From positions 38,504,001 through 38,568,000 of the forward strand of contig NW_024704743.1 of assembly GCF_018977255.1 (NCBI RefSeq): DNA of 64,000 bases, given 5' to 3'. Below, piece by piece: positions 13,822 through 25,735 of the stretch. The stretch is from Callorhinchus milii. Taxonomy: Eukaryota. The translations under genes were made by a program, and so were the position numbers. Each line of letters begins with the position of its first letter. Within the stretch, counting starts at the first letter, position 1. The notes under the pieces were generated by a model. It was not told where the DNA came from. It searched no databases and saw nothing but the letters and a program-made list of their open reading frames with translations.

Positions 13822-14435
13822 ACATAAGAACATAAGAAATGCTAGACGAAAAAAGACCAAGGTCCATCTAGTTTGCCTTACACCTTCCTGATGGTCGCTT
13901 GCACATATATCCCAAACTACCTATGTACTATATTCCATAAGGTTATTTCCTAAAAGAAAACTATCTAATTTGCGTTTGAAAGAATCATCACTTCCTGCTT
14001 CAACCATTTCCCTAGGGAACCTGTTCCACAGTTCACTATTCGCTCACTGAAAGAGCGTTTGCATAGATTCGTTCTGAATTTACCCCCCTTCAATCGCAGG
14101 CCATCTCCTCTGGTTTTATTATTCTGGACAAGTTGAAACAGCAGTCATGATCTATATTGTCTTGGCCCTTTAGAATCTTAAAGACAGCAATCATGTCGCC
14201 TCTCAATCTTCTCTTTTCCAGCGTGAACATGCCCAGTTTACTTAGTCGCTCCTCAGTCCAGTCCTTCCATTCCCTCAATCATTTTGGTTGCCCTCCTCTG
14301 TATCTTCTTGATTTCTCCAATATCCTTTTTGTACTGCAGTGACCAGAACTGTACACAGTATTCTAAGTATGGTTTCACCAATGATTTATACAGTAGCAGG
14401 ATTACCACACTATTTCAGCTTGCTATTGATCTTCT
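13822..14435 (-). mobile_element. CR1-clade 3' fragment nested in an opposite-strand CR1 (13615-13820 and 14440-14490)
   Basis: Peptide [22 protein letters not shown]; tail repeat ACATAAGAACATAAGAA. Confidence 0.85.
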
Positions 14436-14875
14436 GCCTCTAATTAATGCCTGGAACAGGTTGTGAGGAAAGGTGATTGAGGCCAGGCTACATTTAATAG
14501 GATTGGGCTCAGCCACAATTCCCCTCTCCCACCAGTATGGTTTATATAGCCTGCAGCATTAGTGGTCAAGGTTGAATTATAGACATTCTAGTGACCAATG
14601 GAACCAGGATTTATACCAAAATAATAATATTCCATTCACATCGGAGGAGGTCTCAAAGTGCTTCATGGGATATATCCTAGCACCTTGAGACATCCTCCCG
14701 ATGTGAAGGATGCTATACAAATGTAATTTTGTGGTTCTCTTGTGACTGTGTTTTGTGGGCAAACTCCAAAAAAAAGTGAGCCTGAGTGTTCCATCCAGTT
14801 TCAAAATGGGTGATCAGGACACTTTTACCCCTAGTGTGCAGTTTTTTTTTTAAAAAAAAGCATGTGCCTGTCTGT

Positions 14876-15030
14876 GGAGTCCTGTAGCTCAATGGTTAGA
14901 GCACTCGCCTTGCAAGCGAGACACCTGGATTCAATTCCAGGCAGGGCGAAACCTTGGGCAAGTTTCCTTACTCCACACCCTAATAATAATCCCTCCAAAA
15001 AAAATTGGTCATTTTCAATCCACGACTGTC
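14876..15030 (+). mobile_element. tRNA-derived SINE, 5' half
   Basis: GGAGTCCTGTAGCTCAATGGTTAGAGCACTCGCCTTGCAAGCGAG head (TGC anticodon-like loop, tRNA-Ala-like); truncated after CACGACTGT. Confidence 0.88.
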
Positions 15031-18000
15031 CTGTCTCAGGGAAGAGAAAAAACAATGAAATTCTCTTCACGCACTGAAGTCTGAATTTCAGTATTGTTGA
15101 GGACAAACTTCAGTTGGAAAAGTTCAAGCAAATGGCACCCATAAGATTTCCCCCTCAGTTAATGCTCTTTCACTGTAACAACTGCACCGTTTCACATGAT
15201 CATGGGAGACCCAGCTGCTAACTTTCAAATCACCTCATCAAAGCAGACTTGCAAAAAGAATGAACACAAGCCAAATAGGGTGATGTAATATTTATTGAGA
15301 AGAACAGTCCCAGGAAAAGGGTGGAGGGAGGCAATCTAGTGAAAGCCTTTTATCTTCTAGAAAATAGTACTGGTTTCCAAATTTCTTCCATCTGTGCCCC
15401 TCATTTTCTCCTGATAGCAATAATCATTACTAGGGCACAGGTCTACCCTGCCGCCCTCTGGTACCTCACCACAGGAACTGTTCCCTATATGTGAAACAAG
15501 ATAAAAACAGTTGCCAAACTGTTCAACTGATCCTATCCTCACTGACACCCACACATGTACATGTTGAACTGAGGTCACTGGATAGCTTCCAGCAATAATA
15601 TGTGCTGAATTGTGACATCTATTGGCAAGATTTGACTGTTTGAAGATTTAACATTTAAATGCCTAGGGACATCCTCCCAACATGAAAGGCACTACATAAA
15701 TGTATATTTGTATCATATTTGGTTGCCATATTTCTAATCAAGAATCCCAATGACTTTTCAGACATTATGGTGGGTTTTCCAATTAGAAAGGGGACGTGCA
15801 CTCTACTGAACAATCTAGCATCAACAGGGGAAGATAGCATGAATTTATGCTTTTGAATGGTCAGTTAGAGGAGCCTTGGAATGGTCATTTTGTGCATGAA
15901 TCCTCATTCCCTCATGTGTTCATCATAAAATTCTGCTCCATGAGCAAACCACTAGATTATGTTTAGCGCTGACCTATATGGGCACTCTAGCCATTAATTA
16001 ATGTCTTGATCCATATCAATGTAACATTAGATAATTATTTGGGGAGGACAAGTTTGCAGGACTATGGGGAGAGTGTGGGTGAGTGGGATTGAATTGAGCT
16101 GGCACAGGGTTGAATAGCTTCTGTGCTGTAAAGTTCTAGATTCTCCCACAAATATGCAGTCAATTTACTTTACAGTATATTCTGTGAAGACCTTTGAGAT
16201 GTCTAGAAGACGGGATAAGGCGCAATACCAAATGCAAGGATTATTTTTATTATTATCTGCTGCCAAGCTAAATATGACCAGCAGTTTGAAAAGATCTAAA
16301 ATCATATAATTGTTATAGTACAAAAAGAGCCCAGTCAGGCAATTTAGCTGGTGTTTGTACTTCTAATAGAGCTGTCTCCTTTAGCCATATTCTCCAATAT
16401 TGTTCCTGTTCAAATATGTATAGAACCCTCAAGGGTATCTGAGGTACACTGTTAATTGGACAGATATGTAATTCTGACATTTGAATTCCAATGGTCTTTT
16501 TCAAATTGCACATTATTTGTTCCTAGAATACATTAAGCAAAGCAAGATAAATAAGTCACTTGGTAGAAATAGCGGTTAGAGTTCTCTCACCACTCCTTTG
16601 TTTTTTTTCCAAAAAATAACTTGCTCACATCCACCTCCAACAGTAGAATATTAATGAATAATGGGTCACATAAAAAACATCTCTTGTAGAGGTTTAATGG
16701 ACACTCCAATGCAGCGAAAGGGATGTTCTGCATTGTTGGAGGTGCCATCCTTTGGATGAGATGTTAAACTGACTGTCTGCCTGTTTAGGTGGACACTAAA
16801 GATCTCATGGCGCTATTTGAATAGGAAAGGAAGTTTCTCCTTGTGTCCTGGCCAACAATGCTCCAAATTAAAAAAAGTCATTCACTACATAGCAGTTTGT
16901 ACAACATTGCCGTGTGTATATTGGCTGCTGTGTTCACCCAAAAATAGTCACTACACTTTACTGTAAAACCCAATGATACCCTTTGTGACATCTCAACTGA
17001 TAAGGAATTATATCAAATGCGAGAATTATTAATTTATAACCTGTATAGGTATATTAAGCAGAATAGGTACTGTATAATGTAGAAAGATATAGTGGATATC
17101 TTTAGAGATGCACATAAATTAGTGAAAAAACATAAATGATGAATAGAACGCCATTAAATAATTTAAATATCATGGAATCTGTTAGTAATTGGGTAAAGGC
17201 AAGACTTTCTCTTGCTGATTGCTCCTTGCCTGATTCTCCCCTCCACCCCCCATAACATGTTTGAAACTGATGATTTGGCTCACAGTGATACTAACTGCTT
17301 CATTATTCCATAGGGTTTAAAGTTTCCACTATCTGATTGCTTGTGGGATTTGAGGATTAAATCCAGATTAAAGAGCCCATGCAATAGGTATGGCAACATC
17401 AAATTTCTGAAGAATGTCAGGTGTTGTTTGCAGTACGGGGGCCATGTGTGATTCAGTGTACAGTATTAACAAAACTTGTACGTTTTAAAAACTTCTTGGC
17501 TGCCCTGCTGGTGTGGAGTGGTGGGATGGCAGGTTAACAATTGCAAAGATTTCGATGACGCTTTCCTTCTTCTCTCACGATGGGATGTGTAATATTTCTG
17601 TATCTTACTTTTCACAGTATGCAATATTTGAAAGGAGTGGGAAGATGGCAAATGTTGATTTTTTGTTACTGCCAAAAATGCATGAAGATTAAAAAAAGGT
17701 GCCAGTATCTTAAATATTTTATATTTAATCATGGTTAAGTGCATTAATTTTACACTGCAGTACATCTGGTGCATTGCGACAATTTCTCCAGTTATCCAAC
17801 AGCTCATATAATAATAGTAATAATTCTTGCATTTGATATAGCACCTCATCGTTGAGATGTCTCAAAACACTTCACAATATAGTGTAATCCCTTCCCTCAC
17901 CTCCTGCAAGGTCCACCTCAAGATCTTTCTCTTTAACTGCATTTTCAGCCATCTCCCCCCCACCCCTCCATACCTCACGCCCAACTTGGATGGAAACCCT

Positions 18001-18204
18001 AAACTGTCCAGTGCCTTGGGACATTTTATATCAGCTTTGTGGCCACATATGTGATTTTAATTCCTGTCTACGTCAAGAGATATCAAACAATTTACATCAG
18101 CTGCATGTTCTTTTGAGAAACCCAAGAACATATTTTGTGAGGGAGAAAATTCCACAGGAAACAATTTGGAAACTTCATTACGAATTTGAGGTAATGCTTG
18201 CATT

Positions 18205-19430
18205 TGATAAACACAAATCTAAAGAAATTTACATAGCACCTTTCACACTGGGTGGACACCCCAAGGCACTTAACAGTACTGGGTGAGTTGAGGGTTGGAG
18301 TCAAGGGGAAAGATGACTCAAGGCATGGACAAGAGGAAGGTCTTGAGATGAATCTTAAAAGAGGCTAGGGAGGGGCAGGACAGAGGGACTCCATGATAAG
18401 AGTACTAGAGAGTGGAGGCAGATCACCCAACTGTTTAAGGCTGGAGACATGAAGCAGGCCAGTGTCTGCTGAGTGAAGGGAATTAGCACAGTTTGAGGAG
18501 GTGACAGAGTTGGCTGGAGCAGAACCATGGAGGGATTTGAAAGTGGTGGGATGGCAGGTTAACAGTTGTAAAGGGTTTGATGAAGCCCTCTTCTCTCACT
18601 ATGGGTTGTGTGGTATCTGTACCTTTCTTTTCACAGTATGCAATATTTGAAATGGATCTTAAACTTGATTTGTTGGGGGATGGGGAGCCAATGGAGCTGG
18701 GCAAAGATGGGAGTGATTGGCTTGTGGAGCTTAGTATGGGAAAGGATATGAGCTGCAGAGTTCTCAATGGTCTGTAGCTTATGCAGGGAAGAGTCGATTA
18801 GTCCGGTGAACAGAGCATTGGGCACAAGTCCATTGAGGAGGGCCTCCGTAGCTCAAGGGGAGAGATAGTTGCGGAGGCAGGCAATATTATGAAGATGCAG
18901 GAAAGCTGAGCAGTTTGTGGAGGGAAGAATTGAGAAGGTCGACAAACAGGGATTGGCGTAGTCAAGCTTAGATGTGATAAATGCATGGATAAGGGCTTCG
19001 ATGGCCTGAGGGGAGAAACCATGGCGGAGCCAGGCAGTATTGTGGAGATGGGGGAAAGACAGAGTAGGTTATGGCATGGATATGGGGTAGAAACATAGAA
19101 ATCTACAGTGCAGACGGAGGCCATTTGGCTCAGAGTCTGTCCCAGCTCACAGAGGAAAGAAATCATTTTAGTCCTACCCCCTGCCATACTTGGGAGACCT
19201 TGGAGCGCTTTAAAGATGAGAACGAAGATCTTGAACTTGATCCTCTGGGGAAGGATGGGGGAGCGAGGGTTGGGAAGAATCAGGACACAAAGCTTAGGGC
19301 AAGAGAGGATGAGAGCTGCAGACTTCTGAATAATCTGCAGCTTGTGGAGGGAAGAGTTGGGAAGTTCAGTGAGCAGGGAGTTAGTGTAGTCAAGCCTGGA
19401 CGTAACAAAAGTGCGGATGATGGTTTAAGC
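18205..19430 (-). mobile_element. Decayed L2 3' fragments (two tandem pieces)
   Basis: Peptide NALFTGL...KLQTIENSAAHILSHTKLHKPITPIFAQLHWLPIPQQIKFKI. Confidence 0.85.
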
Positions 19431-22400
19431 ATGCTTGACATGTGTGAAAATATCACTTCCTGAACACTGCTGACCGATTTGGAATCCCTGGCACTTGCTG
19501 GAGCTTGGAAAGAATTGCACAAATGTCAGTCGTAGTGCTGTTAATGATTCGTGGTCTGTTATATATCTGTAACCTATAATTGATGCAGGAATAGACAGGT
19601 TACTTGATACTCTGCCAATTGCCATCAGCCAATATATTGGGTAATCCTGTTATAATGCAATTGCCTATAATCCAATACCTCAGGCTCTACATCATAAAGT
19701 AGGCCGAAAAAAATGGATGACTTCTAGTTCTTCGAGTAGCCATAGACATGCATAAGGGCTGTTGACATCACTTTCTTCACAAAGCTAGCTAGTCTGCACT
19801 GGAATCAGGGTGTACTGCACTTCCAGTTTTTATGGGCCCACAAAAGACCATGACATGCTATATTGCAGGTGTCCTGCAAATGAGTGTTAACCCAGAAATT
19901 AATGGGTCATGGATTATGCAGTCATCCGTAGTGTATTTATGCAATAATGAGCTATAAAAAATGGTTACATTGAAGATTTACTACACCAATGATGTTTTTG
20001 GTGAAGTAAATCAATAAATCAACCACTTGCATATTAACCCTCTTCTGATATATCCACGCTTACAACTTTTATGTACATATCCCCCCCACACCACACACAC
20101 AGTGTTGCTCATACTGTGCATCCTAAGAATATCTTACTGTGCCCAGACTGCCTGCGAGTACAATTCTATGTACATTTCTGAGGATCTGTACTACAGTAGC
20201 GATATTCTAGATTAGAGAAGTTACGAGAGGGCAACAAAATTAATACATGGACCTGAGTATCTAAACTACAAGGAAAGATTGGACACCTTGGGAATATTTA
20301 TTTAAAGAATGATGTTATCAAAGTCTTCTAGCTTCTAAAGATTATGGATAGAGCTACACACTAACACTTTATTCAATATGCTCAAGAGATTCCCAATGAA
20401 AGGTCATGATTTCAAATTCAGGAAGGGAATGGTGAATAAACACTCCGGATTTAATTTTACATTGAGGGTGGTTGAAATAGGGAGAGGTGGCATTTGAAGA
20501 TAGGACTTGTCAGATGCATTTTAGCTGTTCTTCTAGTCTTGTATGTTTCTACTCCTATATATGAATATCCTGTTATGCTGTGCCCAAATTGGCTGTGCAT
20601 GTGTGTATATATTTGATTCAGGGCTGCACTCAGCCAAGATTGGGTATCTGTGTATGTGAGTAATGTGTCCAGATTGCCTTGCATATATATGCTGTATTGG
20701 TTCAGTGGAGAACTGTGCTCAGATTGGCTTTACATGAGTAATGTGTAAATGCTGCTAAATGGATTTATCAATCGATTCCATTTCAAGGACTGCAGTTTTT
20801 CACGATTACCCGTTCAATCTGTTATCAAAAATCCTTGTTTTTGTTCCTGTCGCAATTACTCTAAACATATTTAACTTTGCTTCTCGTTCGGCCATTATCA
20901 AATTTGCTGGGTGGCTTCGGCATTATTCGATGAGACTATCAAAAATACCTTTTAAAAAAAATTGAGAACAGAAAACACTCAGGCAATTTAAAAATACAAT
21001 TACAAAAACTGTAAAAATGTGGTAACCATCACCCAGACATGTTTTATGTTTTGTCTCATATTCAATTTCACCTGGTTAATTACAATTTGTAATCGATTAA
21101 TCAGACAAGCCCCATTGACACCAATATGCTTTCCTGCTGTGCAAACATTCTGCTGACTTGACTGCAGGTTAAAATGGATTGTTAAGAGCCTCAGGCTGAC
21201 AGAAATAACACCAACACTAAGATGGATGTCCCCACCCCTCCACACACACATTGATTACTGTGCAAAAACTTGACTTTCCTTTTCTTCCCTCCAGGCACAC
21301 ATACACTCACTCACTAGTGAATGCTCGCAACTCAAAGCTTGCCACAATTCACCTTCATTGCGTTTTAAGAGCAACTTATCAGAAGCTTTTATCACAAGTT
21401 GTATAAATAATTAAACCTGCAGTCCATCTTTCTTACTATCGCACATTCCACTCAGATGCAACTAAACAGCTTAAAACAATATTTTGATTTAATATGATTT
21501 TCATGCTGGTACAGCTGTGTATTGTATACACTTTGCAGGAGATTGGATAAAATGACACTGATAGCATGGCTGTATCCACAGTAACGGGATACTGCACATA
21601 TTTGGATCTGGATGTCATACTGATGTCAACGAGCAGGGGTACATCTGGGCAATTGGTAACTTGTATAAAGGAGCAGTAGGGTTGGATTAAATCCCTCAAA
21701 ATGGTTACTTGGGGGCAATTTGAAGGCAAGACCTTTTTGCTAGGTCTGATTGACTTGCTTCCATATGCACAACAATCCAGCATTGGGGTTTAATTTGAGG
21801 GCATTTTTAATGGAATTCCTTAATAAGGAATGAGTTGTGCAATTGGGGAACTCCTTTTAATAACTAGAAATACATCACGCTGCTCTGGGAACTCTGCTCT
21901 GATGATGAATTAGCTTTTTTTGGGGTCAGCCTGGAGCTGAAGGAGGTTGACTTTGTATTTGTGAGTGAAACTCGGCAGCGAATTTCACACAACAGTCGTG
22001 GATTGAGTGACCAATATTTTTTTGAGGGAATTTTACCCCCGGAAAGCGATCTGCTAATCAGCTAACAAATGGATTCCTACTTATTGCTAGGTAAACAGAC
22101 GTGTGAAGAGTAACGAAACTTGCCTAAGATTTCTCCCCGCTCAAGAATCAAGTATCAAAACCAGATTGAGTTCCACATTTGTGTGCCACATACACATGGA
22201 AATTTCCTTGTGATTGTCTTGGAAAGCAGAGCTTCAAAGAGTTCAGTGGAATTTTAACACGAATCCTTATGGAAACCTGTGAAGAATTCAATGTCATTTG
22301 TAACATTTGCAACCAATCAAACTGCGTGTTCATCAAGAAGCTGCCTTGCTTTTAATAATAAAATCTTCTTATAGGAATTTTATTAGCGCTCCAAAATTCT

Positions 22401-24407
22401 AACTCACGTGAAGGATGCTGTGAAATTAGAAGTTGTTCTTGATTATTTTGCCCCTTTGCCTCTCCCTTTTCCCCACAATGAGACAGACTATATGCTCTTA
22501 AAAAAAGTGAGGCTATCAATAGTTATAATAAAAGGTTCATGGAACAGACTTGATAACCTAATATGGTGATTTTCGACGTAGAAAAAAGGGAGAGGCAGAG
22601 CTGGTCATGAGGAAATCAAGGAGGGTGGTGAGGGCAGCAGGAAGAAATGAATTGCCTCACCAGGAATACTGCAGTGACCAGTAAAATATTTGATTCAGAA
22701 TACATAACACCTTTCATTTGGGCATCAGTCTGGCTCATTTGGCATCACTCGTCTCCAATTTAGGTGGTTGTGGGCTCAACATGACCACCTACCGTCAGGA
22801 CCCTGACTCCACGGCACTGCTTAGAAGAAGAGTGTCTCCTGATGTCCTGGCAAACAATCCTTCACATAACATTGGTCATTCACATCATGACTGTTTATAA
22901 ATTGGCAAAATACAGTCAGCACACATAACAGTAAAATACTGTGAAGCGCTTTGAGATGACCTTCTGACGTGAGAGGTGCTATATCAAGGTAAAAATGACC
23001 ATTTTTTTTAAAAAAAGGAATAGTTCTAAAGTCAGCCTGGTGTAGTAAAATTGAAGACCCTGACCGTGGGATTGGAAACCAGGTCTAAAACAAAGAATGA
23101 CTGATGGAAGCAGCTTTGTATTGGGTATATTACAGAAACAGTATCTTCAAGAAGGGAAGAACGCCTGACACATTAAAAAGGATTCAGCTTCAAAATCAAG
23201 AAGGAATTGCACAGAATTGTACTTTTGTGCAAAAATTCGTATATTCCGTAATTTAATTTGGAAGACTGCTTTTGGCAGCGCTGAAAAAAGCTTCTCTATT
23301 AAGACGGGATTTAGAATTAATTGCACATCGCTCTGCACTATGTTAAATTTTAATGCCAAATATGGTCTTACAAGCAAGGAGTAGGTGGAATAGATAGCCT
23401 GTCTTTTCAGAATGACTGTTTGTGCCATGGTTGCTGTGATTGGCAATAATTACCAGCACAGGAGATGTCAGTAGTGTGTTAATACTAAATATATTTCAAA
23501 GACATTGGTGTAGAATAGGAAAATCAGCAACTCGGACATGGATCATATGTTTTTTTAAATGAGTTATATATAGCAATTAAAGTCTGAAACCTGTCTGCCT
23601 ATAGGAACCATCTTATCACACAGCTTCCATGGTATACTGTAAAGGTATTCACATGCCTCAAATACCTGGCTGACCAAAAAATAGCAGATGGCCCACACAT
23701 TTCACACGATTAGGCTTTGCTGTCTTTCAATACACCGAAGTGGAAGCAAGGAAGAGAAACGGGTAAGATTTCCTCATCGGTCTATCATTCAGCTGTACAC
23801 ACAAAAGCAATAACTTACTATTTTATCTTATTTCTATGTGGTCACTCCTCTGTCATTACTCAAAGTTTTAATAGCTAAGCTTTTTGGCAGTTCATTAACT
23901 AACTGAAAATCTTTTCCTAACAATATCTCTGTTAAACTGATTGTAACCCCCCCGCCAGTAACTGTTAAGTGGTTTCTTTTACATGAAACGCCCTACATAA
24001 ATTGTCATTTCCATAAGTGGACTCTTGGTCCAATACAATAAATACTTAAATACTCTGCGAGCACCTGAGTATGCAAGTCTGCCAAGGGCAGTTTACCTCT
24101 TTGCAGTAAACTGCAAAAATGTAATTTTGCATGGCCCACAGTTCACCAGCAAATTCTGTTGTAAAAGCTACAGAGCAAAGCTACGAATAAATTTACAAAC
24201 AATTAGCAAGGTGAAACACAGCCTCAGATAAACTACCTACACCCAATTTAAAGTATCGATCAAGTTTAAATACAATCACTCAGGACAAAGGTTGTACATA
24301 CCAAAGCCAGGAAGAGAAAACAGCACTATCATAAAGAGCGAAAAAGCTGATCTCACGCTCTGAAGTTCACTTGACTATTATTCAATAAAGTACAGATTTA
24401 AATTATA

Positions 24408-24558
24408 GATAATCATTTGAGGAGGACAAGTTTGCAGGGCTATGGGGAGAGAGCGGGGGAGTGGGATTGATTTGGATAGCTCTTTTCAAAGGGCCAGCAC
24501 AGACATGATGCGCCTAATGGCCTCCTTCCGTGCTGTATAATTCTATGATTCTATGATT
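24408..24558 (+). mobile_element. CR1 3' end (similar short ends at ~16030-16145, 45895-45970, 48520-48655 and 60713-60795)
   Basis: TTGCAGGGCTATGGGGAGAGAGCGGGGGAGTGGGA...TGCTGTATAATTCTATGATTCTATGATT. Confidence 0.85.
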
Positions 24559-25447
24559 TCTCCTCCCCAACCAAGACCGTGCACAAATTGTTACTCCAAT
24601 TCCTGAAAATCAGAATGGGCCAGAAAGTTGCAGTGGCTAAGAAAATACATAGAAACTAGCAAGCAATTGACCAGCTTAGGGAGCATTCTCTACAAGTCAA
24701 TGCAATAAGTCAGTGTGGTTGGTCGAAAAGACCCAGTTCAAGCTCTATAAATACACAGTTCCAGTGCCTTGGGATGTGAAAGGCGCTATACAAATGTAAT
24801 TTTTTTATCTATTGTATAAAAGGGCAATTTTGGTCAAGATGCTAAATTATAATGATAATCCTTATATTTGGTATACCGCCTTTCACTTAGGAGGATGTCC
24901 CAAAGTGCTTCACAGGATATACTGTAAATTGCAACGACTGTTTTGTGGACAAAATTGCAAAGGGTTTAGGGAAGCTTATTGAATTAAGCACAGTAATTTG
25001 AAGGTCTAGTACTTGGGAACAAATGATATCAACTAAAAAGAGCAGGAATCCCAAAAAACATCTTACAAGTGGACAAGAAAGGATTCAAGTTAAAACAGTC
25101 AATGTACAAAGTCATGCATAGCACATTAAGACAAGGAATCCAAAATTTGAGCTTGAGATGTCAAATGTTAAATTAATAATTCATCAATTAAGTGTACAGG
25201 TAAAGATGAGCTGCTAAGCTAGCGAGCAAAAGCATTGTGGACTATAATTGAAGTTCAGTTTTATTTCCGTTGACAGAAAAGGGTGGTGGAACCTCACACA
25301 AGGCTGTGAACTTCACATAAGACATTAATCAGGGCATTTGCTCAGAAAATTTTCAGAGAAAAATAATGCAGAATATAAGAAAGAAGCCAAGTTCAAGGAA
25401 GAATAATATGTTTGGGCAAATAATATAATAATAAATAAAAAGTAACA

Positions 25448-25735
25448 TTTGGGCAAGTTTCCCTACTCCACATGCCTGTTTACCTAGCAATAAATTGGAA
25501 CCTGATTGTTAGTCGATTGGCGGATCGTTTTTCCGGGGGTAATAATTTCTTACATATATAAAAAAATGTGGTCACTCAATTCACAACTGTTTGTGGGACA
25601 CTGTTGTGCGCAATTGGCTGCCGCATCTCGCCCACAAAATATACAGTCAATTCATTTTACAGTATATTCTGTGAAGTGCTTTGAGATGTCTTGAAGATGT
25701 GATAAGTCGCTATATCAAATGCAAGAATTATATAT
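25448..25735 (+). mobile_element. SINE, long subfamily, head truncated
   Basis: TTGGGCAAGTTTCC...TGTTTACCTAGCAATAAATTGG...GTTAGTCGATTGG...GTTTGTGGGACACTG...TATATCAAATGCAAG. Confidence 0.8.

Noticed and set aside
14876..14947. tRNA-Ala-like sequence
   Set aside because: It is the SINE head: it runs into the SINE body, lacks a proper acceptor stem and recurs in many diverged copies.
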